From: Vitrella brassicaformis CCMP3155
Lineage: Eukaryota; Protista; Chromerida
NCBI GenBank assembly: GCA_001179505.1
Contig: CDMY01000330.1
Span: 54,125-118,124, forward strand
Direction: 5' to 3'
Length of the DNA stretch: 64,000 bases
Under the pieces are notes generated by a model, which was not told the DNA's origin, searched no databases, and worked only from the letters and a program-made list of their open reading frames with translations. The position numbers and the translations under genes were made by a program. Below, piece by piece: positions 48,734-62,704 of the stretch; positions within the stretch are counted from its first letter, which is position 1; every line of letters begins with the position of its first letter.

Positions 48734-50402
48734 ATGCCGCCCAGCGACTGTGCGGTTGTGCCGAAGGAGGCCTTCAACAAGTGCAATGCCCTCATCACCG
48801 AGTGAGCCACACACGCACCGCAAACTGACACGACGAGAGAGGCGTCAAAACGCTCGGCGTGTTCTACTGTGTTAACAATACAGGGCGATGCAGTGTTCGG
48901 GTAAGCTGCTGGACGTGATAGGCCAAGTGAGCCGTGAGTTCACCCCGCTGCTGGGCCACTTCACCGACATAACCAACGAGTATGCGGCGCAGCAAGCCAA
49001 GCTGCGGCAGATACAGGGGGTCTTCATGGACGACTGCCGCTCACCGAGGGTGGGCGACAAACGGCGGCGTGTGACGGGGCCGGACAGGGACGACCACACA
49101 TCTCGTGACGGCGCCGACAAGACTCAGGTGAGAGGAAGAGCTTAAGGCCTGAGCACCAGTGCCTTCCTTGCCTTGCATCTCGTGGCATTCGCTTCTGTCC
49201 TCTGTGTTAGGGCACTGGTCACTCGTCGGTGTTCGGACCGTCGGTGGCCACCGCGCCATCCGTGACGGCACCCGCCATCCACCCCGCCCCCATGGCCATG
49301 GACACCCAGCCCGGTGGACCCACACCGGCTACCACAAGCACCAGCAGCAGCACGAGCAGCGCCCCGCCCAGGTCGGCTGGCAAGGTCAAAAGCGAGGACA
49401 AGTCGCCCCAGAGTGCGTCGAGCGGCCAGCCCATCAAGCAGGACGACCCCCAGCCCCCCTCATCGCCCCACGCGCCGCGACAGGCCAAGGCCAAGGCCGA
49501 CCACACAGCTGGCGTCAAGAAAGAGGACGCCAAGAAGAAAAAGAAGCGCGTCAAAGGCGACAAGGACAAGGACAGAGCGGCCGCTGGTGGGACACGCACC
49601 AGCAGCGGCAATGGCAATGGTGGGACAGCCAAGCCTGGGACGCAACAGCAGCAGGACAGTGACGATGATGTCCTCCCGCGGTCGACCAAGAGGGGTGGCT
49701 CAGGAAGGCGGGGAGCGCGGGCTGCCAGCAAGAGGGACAAGGACGTGACAGACGAGGAGGGAGAGGGCGACGACACATGCGTCAAGGGCGAGAATGGCGC
49801 CGACGCATCATGTGTCAAGAGGGACAAGGCGGAGGGTGGTGAGGCGCCTGCCGTCAAGGAGGAGCCCACAGCGGCAGACATCGGCAACGAGGGCAAGGGC
49901 AGCCCATCTGTGGCCGTGACGGTGACACCTCCCCCCGCCCCATGGAGCGAGGCAGCCGTCTTGGAGCAGATGGGCACATACAGGGAGCGACTCACCCAAC
50001 TGCATGGCGCTGAGGTAGGGACCTACACCAGCCATACACACGAACACACACATCCATCCATACGCTCGCCGTTGTTTGTCAGTCGTACAACGAGTGTCTG
50101 TCGGTGTTGGGCGAGGTGGAATCTCTGTGTGGCCGCACCGACACGAACCTGCTCATCAGTCCCCTGCAGACGTCCAACCTGGGACCCACGCTCGGCAAAC
50201 ACCTCAAGAAATCGCCAAACCCACAGGTGCGTACGCATGGCAACAGGACATTCTCGCGCCCGCAGCCATATGTCGTGTGATGCCGTGGTCTGTCTGTCTG
50301 TCAGGTTGCGAGTCGTGCAGCGTCGATCGTCAAGGCCCTGAAGGAGCGCATCACAGCTATCCAGACCATCCAGACGGCACCGGCACCCCCCGCGCCATCT
50401 AA
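48734..50402 (+). CDS. TFIIS N-terminal (LW/Med26-like) helical-domain protein with a long low-complexity linker
   Basis: The last exons splice to ...LISPLQTSNLGPTLGKHLKKSPNPQVASRAASIVKALKERI, matching the TFIIS-N pattern (T.LG..V..L.K...P.VA..A..IV). Confidence 0.65.
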
Positions 50403-52735
50403 GCCGCCGCCCACCCCGTCGACGCCGGCCATGTCGACCCCGTCCACACACGCATTCACACCCTCCCCGCCCTACCCACTGCCCCCACCCACACCCATGC
50501 AGACACGCGGCAATGCATGACATGACATGACATGAATGATCCATCCATTGATGAGTGACACTAACCAAGACAGATATGTATGTACACATACACACACGGA
50601 TGGATGCATGGGTGGGTTTTTCTTTGGTGATGGCTGGCATGGCATGTGTATGGGGGTGCGGTGCAGTGCATCTGTGGTGCGTGTGTGTGATGTGTCTAGC
50701 AGGGAGGGAACGGCCACCAGTTCTGTACCTTCTCTCTGTCTGTGTGTCTTGTTTGTTTGTTTGTTTCTTTGTTTGATGGGGTTGATTTCGGTTTTTTACG
50801 CCCGTGCTGCTGTGTCGTGGATGGTGGATGGATGGATGGCCTGATTGACAGGACAAAGAGGGAAAGGGCCGACTGCTTGGCTTCCATGCGTGAGAGGGGC
50901 GACCCGATCCGACATGCACGGCCACCCCATTTTTGCCCCTCCCTCGCCCTTCTTTTCCTTCGTCCCTTCCCCTGTGTGCGTGTGTGTTGCGTTGCATTTG
51001 AATGCCACTTGGTGTTCGCTTGCGTGCGCGGCGGCACGCACTCGCCGATACACCGACTTACTCAATGGCTCCCTCCCTCCCTCCCTTTATCAGTGGCAAA
51101 GCTGCTGGGGGCTGACATGACACCGTATGTATGTATATACACAACACAGACACACACATACATTACATGCAAGCCACACGTACAGACATACGGAAACGAT
51201 ACTTACACACACATGCCATGCAATGCATACCATGCAAAGCCCCCGGATCGAGCCATATGAGTCGGTCTCTCTGTCTGTCTGTCTGTCTGTTGCATGGATG
51301 CATCGTGGGCACAGCTAGTGGTTTTTGCATTCATGGATGGATGGATGGATGCCCCTTTCTCTCCTCGTGTCGGCAGTGCGTGTGGAGCAGTGAGGCTTTC
51401 TTGACTCGTTGGGTGCGTACGACAGCAGCGGTCATCTCAACACGTGGCCGCTGCTTGCGTGCGCGGCAAAGGAGGCAAGAGTCTGTCACTGGCCACTGGT
51501 TTGCCTGGCCACGTGTGTTTGTGGCTGTTTGTGTTTTGATGCTGTGAAATCCTTTTCCCGGAATTGTTGTGTATCGATCGCACGCAGCCCAGGCCAAACA
51601 GGGGCAAACAGTTTTCCTTCTAGCGCGCCTATCATTGTGTATAATCTTGCTTTCTCTGGCCACATGGCCGCCGCACACCATCACACACACGTCCATCCCC
51701 ACATGGTCTTTGTTGATCGAGCCAATCTATGTGTGTGTGTGTGTGTGTGGATGCCTCTTGCTTGCTGCTGCTGCTGCTGCTGCCATGCGTGTACTGTACA
51801 GGTGGGCAGAGAAAGGAAGAAGGACGGGCACACAGACAGACAGACACTACGAGAGAGGCGTACGGTAGGTGCTGCTTCGACTCCTCAGGCACCCACATGT
51901 GTGCAAGAGGGAGAAGTCTTGCGGACACACACACATGACGTGGCGGCCTTTTCTGCCCGGCTCCTGTACAGTCAGCGGCCTTCATGGGCGACACAGCATG
52001 ACTGACTGACTGACTGACAGACAGACAGGTGCCATACCATCACAGACACACACACTCACACACACACACACGCGCGACAGACAGAAGGCCAGCCATATAC
52101 ATGAGGGCCACAGACAGAATTAGTCGGCCCACTTGATTCACTGACTGACTCTCTCTCTCTCTCTCTGTGGACGGGTGCATGTCGACGGCAAGTGTCGATT
52201 TTGGCCTGCTCGTTTGTGCCTGCCTGCCTGCCTGTGTCTGTGTGCCTTCCTTGGTCCCTCCCCCTCCCCTCCCCTCCCCCTGTTTCTCGCTCTTGAGGAG
52301 TGGGTGCGTGGCTGCACCCTGTCACCATCGACCGACTGTGTGGATAAAGGGCTGGTTTGGTGAAGCGGGAGGCGTGCGAGCGCCTGTCTGTCTGGCTGTC
52401 TGTCTGTCGATACCATGCCCTGGCTCCTGCACGTAATCCTCTGAGTGTGTGTGTGTGTGTGTGTGAGCCTGCCTGCCTGCCTGCCTGGTCGTGAGTGGGC
52501 GAATGAGTCAGTGAATTCGGTGTGTGCGCCTGCGTCCGTATGTGTGTATGTATGTGCCGCACTTGAAGGATAGCTACTAGCAGCTGCCTCCTCTCCTTCT
52601 TTCTGCACACGAACCGGTCGGGCCACACAGAGAAGGCCGCCATGCCATGCCATGCACACGTACGACATACGGACATACAGACAGACAAGAGATGAGCGTT
52701 TTATTCGTGGGAGGAGCGAGATGCGGGGGTGGTTC

Positions 52736-52836
52736 CGCCGTCTGGTGAGTGTGCTCACGCGGGCTCAGGGCTTTGCTGCTACGCCCCTGTATGCAGCAAA
52801 GCACTGAGAAAGCGCCAGTACACTCACCAGACGGCG
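52736..52836. repeat. 101-nt fold-back inverted repeat
   Basis: CGCCGTCTGGTGAGTGTGCT pairs with AGTACACTCACCAGACGGCG; CTCAGGGCTTTGCTGC pairs with GCAGCAAAGCACTGAG. Confidence 0.85.
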
Positions 52837-54287
52837 AGGACACAAGCGCCTTCAATCACTGGAGGCATTGCGGCGGCTAAAGAGTACAGCGAGTGGGTTA
52901 CATTTTTTGACGTACGTCACCAGCGTGACCGTGATTTGCCACACACACACACACGACTGGCCCAACACTGACTGACATGGCCACCAATCCGCCCTCCTGT
53001 TGCCTACACCTCTCTCTCTCTCTCTCTCTCTGCCTCTCGGCAATGGCTGCCGTCATTTTTACTCCTCTCTCTCTCCCTGGCTCCTCTCCACACACAGGTG
53101 TATGTATGCGTGTGTGTGGCTGTCTGTCTGTCTGTCTGTGTATGTGTCTGTAAGTATTAATGCAATGCATGTCTATCTAAGCCAACTCACTCCATCTATA
53201 ATTCTCTGACTGACTGAGGCATTATTGCATTTTTGGGGTGATCGATCTTTCTAGTTGTGTGTATGCATGTACATGTCTGTCATGATGGCTGCCTGTCTCT
53301 CTGGCCATCCGCCATCCTTTGTGCCTGCCTGACTGTATGTGTGTGTGTGTACGTGTGTGTGTATACTCTCATACCTTGTATATACTAGTTCAGTCATGTT
53401 TGCTGCAGACAGACAGAGAGGGGGGAAGGGAGGGAGGGAGGGAGGGAAGGAGGGTCTGTCTGCATGCCTACATCCCAAACATGTGAGTGGCTTTCTGCAA
53501 GCAGCCTGTCACTCACTCACTCATGTGCCCACTTCACACACGACGGTCGGGCGACCGACCCACTGACCCCTAGATGACAGTGCATATATGGCCGGCCTTT
53601 TACGTCCGTATTGACTGACTGACTGACGGATTGATCGATCGCACGGGAGCGATGCACGATAGACAGACGGTCTGTACGCCATTTATTGGAGAGAGATGCA
53701 TATATGCATGACACACACCTGCATTTGTCCATGCATTCCGAAAGCAACGACAGGGTGGTGGGTTTGTTGACGCGGCGGATGCGTCCGTCCGTCCGTCCGT
53801 CCAAGCAATGACATTCATTCATTCATTACTCATGCCGCTCGCTCGTGCCTTTAGCTATCGCTGGTTTTTTGTACCGCAATGCATTAATGCCATTCCATGA
53901 CTCCTATCTCGGCGGCCAGATCGACTGGCCGCTCGTGGGTGTGCCCACGAGTCGATCAGTCAGAGACCTGCAATGCCATGCATGAGTGTGTGTATCTACC
54001 GATGCGGCCACGACTGGATATTATCCGTGTGCTGTGCATGTGTTATCTCATGTGACGTGCAATGCAATCGTGTGTGTTTTATCAGTGATGGATGGATGGA
54101 TGGATCTGGGTGAGTGGACATCCGCCATACACCAGCTGACCACTGTCTGTCTAAGGCTTTGCCGGACCGACCTGTCAGAGGCACAGTGCCAACAGAGCTG
54201 CGGAGCCGCGCCCCCACAACACCCCCATACTGAGCTCGCGTCACTGTGTTCCCCTCCCCCTCCCTGTGTGTGTTCTCCCCCGCCACC

Positions 54288-57200
54288 ATGTCCACGTTTC
54301 GGTCCACGGTCGCCAACAACCTCATCAACAGCGATTTCCCCATCGAGGAGCTCATGAAGAGCACAGACACCGACACCACTGGCAATATGCAAGGCTCCTC
54401 CCCGCGCCACAGGGGCGCCGCTGCCTCCCCCGGGGCGGACCACTCCGGGACGCCCTCTGTGCACGTGACCACCCCCACTGGCACCAGCCAGTCCCAGTCC
54501 ACCAGCCCCACAACAAAAACACTCACGCTGGACCTGCCGGAGGATGCCGAAGCAGCGGGCAAGAGCATCAAGACGGTGAATGAGGAGACAGTGCGGCGCC
54601 CAACGCTCTTCCAGTCACTGGCTGCGTCGCTGTCGCGCAAGTCGCTGCGTCCGAAGGACAAGGAGGAGACTCCCAGCGCCGCCATGGACCTGAGGACGCT
54701 GCAGACCAAGTGGCTGGCCATCGATGACGGCGGGAGTGTGGTCATGATCAACCCCAAGGCCGCCTGGAAGATCTGCTGGGACATCCTCATCTTGGCGCTC
54801 GACTTCTTCTGCTACTTCGTGACGCCCATTGCGCTGATCTACGAAGGCGACGCCGGCACGGTCTTCCGCCCGCTGCCCAGGCACTTCGACCCCGTCGGGC
54901 TGCTCATCGACGTCGTCTTCCTGGCAGACATCGCTCTGACCTTCTTTACGATAAGTCTGGACTCGTCGGTGTCTCTGGCAGCCCACCGATACAACTACTG
55001 CCGGTTCTGGCTGTGGCTCCACCTGACCTCAGTGCTGCCATCGGCCTTCCTCCCGGCCTTCAGGCTGCTGCGGGTGTTCGACCTGTTTCGCCTGTGGCAG
55101 CACTTCCGGTGGCTGCTGAAGAGCAGCGGGAACGTGTTCTTGTACCTGTTGGTACGGCTGGCGGCCTCGCTGCTGCTGATGGGGCTGATGCTGCACTTGT
55201 TCGGGTCATTCTGGATGGTCCTGGGGCTGAATGAGCGGGGCAGCTGGATCGACGGGTTCGACACAATGGTGAGACAGAGAGTGAGAGTGAGAGAGAGACA
55301 GAGACACGAGCGGGTGGGGTGGCGTGTGCAGATCCGCAAGGACGAGATTGTCAACCAGATGACGTACGCCTACTACTTCATGATGACGCTCTTCACGACC
55401 GGTACATGCCATGCACAGATGTAGCACAGCACCTGCAATTACTCCACGGTCCGTCCCTTCCTGCATACCATTCCTGCCTTTAGTTGGCTACGGCGAGATC
55501 TTCCCCAAGACGATCGTCGAGTACTGGTTCGCCTTGTTCAGCCAGATATGCGGGCTGCTGCTGGTGGGGTACCTGGTGGCGGTGTGCACGTCCATCGTGC
55601 TGGCCATGGGACAAGACTCATTCAACCCACCTGAGTTTAAACTCAAACAGGTATGGATGTATCTATCGATGAATGAATGAATGAACGAGTTAGTCAATGA
55701 CAAAAACACACAAAGTCAACCACACGTGTGTGTGTGCCGTTTGTGCAGGAGCTGATCTACTGGCTGTCACAGTTTGGCACCAACATCACTCAGGCACACA
55801 ACGACACACACACACGCACACATATAGGCACTGTCACATCCATCCATCCATCCATGTCTGTCTCCATTGGCCAACCAGGAAGAGAGCCAGGAGGTGTTGT
55901 GGTACTTCAAGCGGCCAGGCGAGGGATACAAGTACCTCAGGGACCAGAAGTCATCGCCCCTCCTGCACTCATTCTTCTCCCACCTGCCGCCATCCGTCCG
56001 CATGAAGTTGGCAGTGGCCGTCTACGGCGACTTTGTCGACAAATTTGAAGCCTTTCTCGAGGTGGGTGGGTGACCAAACGAAGAGACACCACAAGTCGGC
56101 TGGCTGCATCCATCCATCCATCCATGTATGGGCGGCATTGCGTGTGTGTAGGCGATAGATGCGACTGATGGATTTGTGGAGGACCTGCTTCTCAACCTCC
56201 ACCAACGATACTACCGCATGAAAAAAGGTACACACGCAAGCCAATTCATCGTCGGAATCTCCCTCTCAAGCAATGGGTGGATGTGTGTGTGTGGTCGGTG
56301 CAGATGGCGATGCAGTGGTGGTCGTGCCGCTGGGCGAGCAGCTGCGGGAGGTGATATTCCTCACCGAAGGAATCGCACTCGTCACCGGTAAGAGGGAGAC
56401 AGTGAGACACAGATGGACTCTGTCTGCTCCGTCCCCCACTCACTTATTTCTTACCCCCTTTTGTTTTCAGCTGAGAATGCTGAGGAGACACAGAAGGGTC
56501 TGCAGGTGGAGGGCGGCTTCTGGTTCGGGGGACACCAGTGCACAGAGGAGTACCACCCGTCACCCATACAAGTGGAGGCACTCGACCCCAACCAATCCAT
56601 CGTCGCGCACTGTGAGTGATACATGTGATAGAGGGGAATCGCATCGCCCACGTCCATGGCGTGTGTGTGTACGGGTTTCTGTCTGATTCTGTCTATTTAT
56701 TGTGTGTGGTCAGATATCGACATGTGGAAGTGGCGTGCGGTGCTCGAGCGCCACCCCACCGTGGCCAGAAACATAATCGAGCTCTCAAAGAAACAAACGA
56801 TAGTATATGAATCACTCCACTGAGAAACCTCCATCCACACCAACTCAATGACCCTTCATCTTTCTCATCTCTCTCAGGCGATTTTGCAGAATTTGAAGGT
56901 GCCCGAGCCGACCCGCTACACATGCGGGGTTTGCCTGCTGCAGTGCTTCCGTGATGGCTTGGGAATGGCCGGTATGGGCGTGTCGCTGCCCTTCCCAGTC
57001 ACCATCCCGGTGCAGAAGGTCGTCAAGGAAGAGACACAGAAACCAGGAGAAGAACCAGGTCAGCCGGATGAGAGAGAGACATGGCGGGAAGGGAAGGCCC
57101 ATGTCCCTTTCTTCTCTCTGAAGGCACGAAGGTCGAAGCTGCCATTGGTGCTGGAGAAACTGATCAGGCTGCTGTGGCACAAGCCCTCACCGCCACCGGC

Positions 57201-58769
57201 GTGCAGATCAACGGCCTCCTGCTGCCCTATCACGTCGGCTTCCAGGCCCCCCAGCAGCACCCGCCCCTCCGCGGCACCTTCAACTCATCGATCATGTCGC
57301 CCCCCGCCTCATCCATGTGGGGCCACCTCACACTCGACACGACCCTCCAGGGCACGAAAGAGGCCGAGATGCCCACACGGCCGCGCACACCGGGGCAGGT
57401 GCGCTTCCTCGAGAGCTCCCAGAGGTTCGCGCAGGACCTCGCCGGCACCAATCCGCTCAGCACAATGGGGGCGAGACGTGGCCTCGAAGCGCTGCCTGAG
57501 GACCGGCCCATCACGCCTATGTCGGTGGTGAGCACCACCCGGGTGATTGCACAAGATCCGTTTGAGGACATACCGTTGTTTGAGGGCTACCTGCCCCGGG
57601 TGCTGCCCGCGAGCACCAGTGGCTCATGGTCATCGGCCAACCGGCTCAGAAGGTGAGATGCTTGGGGGACTGATGTGTGTGTGTGTGTGTGTGTGGAGAT
57701 AGATGCTGTGCCTATCTCTTGTGTGTACAGGGTACAGCAGGCGTACACTGTGGCGGCCCACCGAGGTTTCGGCGACGCCGCGTCCAACAAGAAGGTCAAG
57801 GCCGAGATCGAGAAGCTCACCGTCATCAATCCCTTCGCGCACCCCTCAGTGCCGCCCCTGCCCATCACCGCCCGAGCGCCGCCCAAGACACCCACTGGCG
57901 ACCGTTCATCCACCGGTTTCACACCCTACACGCCACATACCTACAACACCACCTTCCACATCTCTCCTCGAGGCCCTCCCGAGACCAAGCCGTCAGAGAA
58001 GCCTGCTGGGGAGCAGGAGCAGCGTCGTGGGACCACTTGGCTCGGCAGGGTGGTGGGTGGGCTGTTCGGGGGCGGCGCAGCCAAGACACCAAAGGTGGAC
58101 AAGAAGGCCTCTGCAAGATATATGGGGAAGGCGGTCATGCGCGTACCCACTGTGCAGAGGTAGCCAGGGAGAAAGGGAAGCGCAGAAGGGGATAGATAAA
58201 TCGAACGGTGTCTCCCGTTTGTGTCTTGTATGTATTTTGTGTTGTGTCTGTACAGAGGCTCGATTCGGCCAAGTTTCAGTGTGCAGGCGACAGCACGGCC
58301 CTCAGTGGCGCACATCCAGTAAGCCCCTGCCTCCACGAGTGAGCCCACCCGCAAGTCTCTCTCTGCATTCATTCATTCATTCATTCATTCAGGGGTTTCA
58401 ACCAACAGAACGTCTACCAGCACCACGTCAGTCAGCTACTTACTGCCAGCACGCATCAAGAACCAACACACACAATACATACACCCTCACTCTCCCCTGT
58501 TCTCTCCTCCTCTGTTTTGTCAGCTGGCCACCACTACAGTCGATCAGCGCCGCATGTCCGCCAGCGCGCCATCCCTCATCGCCGCCAGCCGACGCACCGA
58601 GCGCCTCTCCACTGCAGCCAGACACCTGGTGCCGCCCAGCGCCATGGCGGCATCGGGGCAGCGGCAGTCTCCTCGCCCATCGGTGCACTTCGAGCCCGGC
58701 ACCAGCCCCAGCGCCAGCGACAGCTCACCGACCACAGTCTCCAGCAAAGTGGCCAATGTGCCTGAGTGA
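54288..58769 (+). CDS. 6-TM K+ channel of the CNBD (EAG/HCN/AKT-like) superfamily
   Basis: GCCACCATG start; INPKAAWKICWD, YCRFWLWLHLTSVLP, pore YFMMTLFTTVGYGEIFP, C-linker LPPSVRMKLA, degenerate cNMP-binding exons, long S/P-rich tail. Confidence 0.9.
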
Positions 58770-59175
58770 ACCATACAAGTATACGGAGAGAGGGTGTGTG
58801 TGTGTGTGTGTCGTGTCCCATCTGAATGAATGGCCTTGAGTGCTGTGCAATTTGGGCTTGTGTCACTTGCCTTGTGCTTTGGGTCTGGTGAGAGGAGACT
58901 GTGTGCTGCTGGTTCTTGTGCCGTTGTTTCTCAATTACCTTTGAAGACTGATATTGGCTGGACACCCCTCGTGGCAGCTTGATGTAAATTCTACGCCCTC
59001 TTTCTGTTTGGATGCGTCAAAAATTGACCCCTGAGCTGCTGGTGCCACTCAGCAACGGAATAGCCAGAACAGTCATTCTCGATCTCCCCGGCCGAAGAGG
59101 AGACCTTCCAGACTTCACAGGGGCCTAAGAAGGACGCAGGCACGACGCAGGACGTCACAAGGACGGCTCAGGACC

Positions 59176-61818
59176 ATGGCTTTGAGCCAAATAGTCAGCG
59201 GCTTCGACGAGGAGGCCCGCCAGACCCGGCACGGCCGCCAACGGCTCAAGGAGCTCCTCTGCCGCCTCGTGAAGGACCGCATCCCCAGCTGTGAGATTCT
59301 GCAAGTGGGATCTGCGTCTTATGGGCTGGACACGGACAAGTCCGACCTCGACTTAGTGATGGTGACTAGCACAGCCACGGCAAGGCAAGATAAGGTGGCC
59401 TCTCTCTACTCTTTGCAAGAGGTCAGCAGTGTACTGTACTGGGATGAGGGGAGGGAGGCAACATCACCGAGATAATGTGTGTTTTGCTGTGCTGTGGTGT
59501 TGGTTCAGGTGATCAGGCAAGGTCTGCCCGACGCAGAGGTGCGCGTGATAGGGTCAGCCAAGGTGCCGGTGGTGCAGATACGGACAGCATGGGGAGAGGA
59601 GTGTGACGTGTCCGTCAACACTCACAATGCCGTCCACCACACGCAGCTCTTCAAGGTACGCACACACACGCACACACTTGCACGGGAGGCGACGCCTGGA
59701 CACACCATCTGAATGTTGTCGTGTGTGTCTGCACTGGTTTCCATTAACCAGGCTGCCATGATGGTATGTCCCACATTCCTGCCCCTGGCCAGGCTGGTCA
59801 AGGCATGGACCAGGTCGCGCGGCATACCCATCGGCGCTGAGGGAGGTTTGGCGTCGGTCGGCTGGACTTTGATGGCTCTTCACTCCCTCAAATCGCTCCC
59901 GGCCACTGAGCGGGAGCTGCGTGACGTCTTGCGTCACTTCTTCACCAGTTTTGGAGACCGCGAGTCTCTGTTGCTCACATTGAGCCTTCCCGAGACCACT
60001 GGTGTCGTGACCACGACAGCGGCGCAGAAGTCTGGCAACGACGTCGACGAGAAGACCATGTCGGCAGCGGGGCACGGCGGCGGTGAGAAAAACGCACGCA
60101 CGACATGCCACACACCCGACGCAACGAACCATTCGTCATTCCTTCCATCCCTTTCTTGTCATGTGCATGAGTCAGATTGGGAGGAATTGCTGACCATCAG
60201 TGACATCCCGCAGGACGGCAAGCGGCCCGACATGGTGGGCAAGCTCTCCGCATCCACATGGCTAGTCATCATGTAGGAGCTGAAGCGAGCCCGTGACCTG
60301 CTGACCCTGGTACGCACCAGCCGCAACAACAACCTGTTCATCCATTCATCCTATGTCTGTCACTACTTCTTCTTTGCGTGTTTGCTCAGCCGTTTGTCGA
60401 CCCTGCAGTGGTGTTTGAGCAGCCCACCTGCCCCCTGGTGTACTCGCTGCCCAGCAACCGATGCGGCCCCGATGGCGAGCCCCTTTTCGTGGCCTTTCTG
60501 GCTGAGGGGGAGGTGATGATGGCACGGCTGACGAAGGTGTGTGTGGACCCCTGGATGGCCAACAGGCAGGGTGGCCATCTCTCCCGCAAGGACTTCAGGT
60601 CTGCGCATGTGCATGGATGCACCCACCGCACTCACTAGAGACAATCCAAGCGTCTATCCATCTTGTGTGTCTGTCAGGTCGTCGTTTCACGGCGTCTTGT
60701 ACCGCGTGCGAGAGATGCAGAGCCCCCTGCTGACCGTCCTCAAGCCAAAGACGCCCACTCCACGCCTGCAGCTGACACAGCACCCTCCAAACGGTCTGCA
60801 GTGGAAGGCAACTGAATGGGCAGACATATCTATGTTATATATGTGTATGTCGTCAGCCCTCATGTCTGTGGAGCCGGCCACCTTCACCGACGGGACGCCT
60901 GTGGAAGTGGTGTTCACACCCGTCCAGGCCATCTGTCGCGTGGACGTGTCGTCGCACCCCACCCACAGCCCGCAAGCCATGTGCGACGAAAACACCTGCA
61001 GCTGAAGTGTCTCTCTCTGCTTTGTGTGCGGTGTGTGTGCAGCGGGTCCTCGCAATACGCCATCACAGGGGGGGAGGTGGACCGCCTCAAGGAGCTGCGA
61101 GAGCTCGCCGCGCAGGGGCCATACTGGCACAAGAAGACGGCCGCCGCCCAGCTCCACTACCCGACGCAGCCCCTCACCCCCACCTGCCCCCTTTGCACGG
61201 TGAGCACAGGCACACACAAGACTCATGACACGCTGTTGTTATACGTGTCTGCGTCTGCTGCTTCAGGCGAGCGGGTCGACCAATGTCTTGTCGACTGCTG
61301 GGGATGTCAGTGCGGTGGGAGAGCGGCTGTGCTTCCACCGCAGCCCCAGCAGCTCGACAACAGACGAGGCGACCCCGAGGACCGACCTGTCCTCGTGGGA
61401 CTCGCCAAGATCTGTGGCGAGGTGGGTCTGCCGTACGAGACAGGGAGGGAATACTTCATTCATCTGCTCACATTCATTCATTTTCTTCTTCAGCATCCCC
61501 GGCAGCCCGTCGTCCCTCCCCCTGACGCTCCACCACACCGCCGTCACCCATTATCAGCCGACTTACCTCATCACTGCCGAGAGCCCCCCAACCTCCGCCG
61601 CAGCATCGCTCTTGAAGCATCTGGCGGAGGATGACGAGAGCGATGCTGCGGCGGAGGATGACGAGTGGCAGCTGCCACTGGTGACGGCGGATATGTTTGG
61701 CATGAGCATCGGCTGTTCGCGGGGGGACTACGTTGGCGGCCACGACGTCTGCAGTCAAGTCTACAGTAGCACCCAGTGGTCAGAGGGGGATTTCCAGCAG
61801 CAGCCACAGCAGCACTGA
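59176..61818 (+). CDS. Cid1/TUTase/non-canonical poly(A) polymerase-family nucleotidyltransferase, multi-exon
   Basis: VGSASYGLDTDKSDLDLV (GS + DxD), IGSAKVPVVQI, ECDVSVN (third Asp), LARLVKAWTRSRGI, GGLASVGWTLMALH. Confidence 0.88.
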
Positions 61819-61899
61819 GGCGACGGCCACCACGGCTATCGACACCGGCATGTGAGCCAGCAGCGATGGGAGTCATTGGGATGTGGGATGCGGGGAAGA

Positions 61900-62600
61900 G
61901 TGGACAGGTGCTGTAGCTATCGGGGACACCATTGAGGTGATTTGCTTCGCTCATTGGTGGGTGTGCGGATGCGTGTGTGCGTGTGTGTGGTTTTGGACCA
62001 CTCAATCATGTACTGTATGTGCTGCTGATATAAAGCCCATGCCGAGCATTCGGTGTTTTGCTGCATGTGTGGTGCCTCCAGGGCTTATTTGTGATGATGT
62101 CTGTCTGTGTGTGTGTGTATGCTGGTCTGGTATAGCAACCGTACTTGGCTTGCTCGTCGTGTCCTCGGTGCCTCCAGTGGCGCGAGAGGGCCGCAAGAGA
62201 CAGAGAGACGCGCTGAGCGTACGAAACGAAATCGCTGCTTTCCTCGTGTGTATCAAACACGTCTGCATGGGGATACACAAGCTTGTATACATATTGATGT
62301 TGGCGGAGTGGGTCTGTGTGCTCGGGTCGTGGTTCTGTTGTTCTTCCGCACATGATGCATGAACCGTGACATGCCTGACTCGTGTGCCAGCGATGTGATA
62401 GAGGGGGGCAGGGAGGGGAGAAGGGGAGGGGAGGGGAGGGTGTGTGTGTTGTGGGATGGACACACGGAAGAGAACAGGTTCGACAGTCACTGTTTTCCAT
62501 GATCGTGTCCCTCCGGACGGACATGCCGACATGTCCAGGGCACAATCAAGTTGTACGCAAATACATGCTTGGGCCATGGTGCAGTGCATGCTCGTGTCCC
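61900..62600 (-). other. Possible degenerate coding remnant
   Basis: Coding-like stretches (LDCALDMSACPSGGTRSWKTVTVEP; HQYVYKLVYPHADVFDTHEESSDF) but no coherent gene model. Confidence 0.25.
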
Positions 62601-62704
62601 TTCATCTGACATCTGTGGAGACACTCATGCATCGTCTGGGTCAGGGCACCACCAGATCATGCAGCCACAGCAGACATCACTGCATACACACACACACACA
62701 GCGA

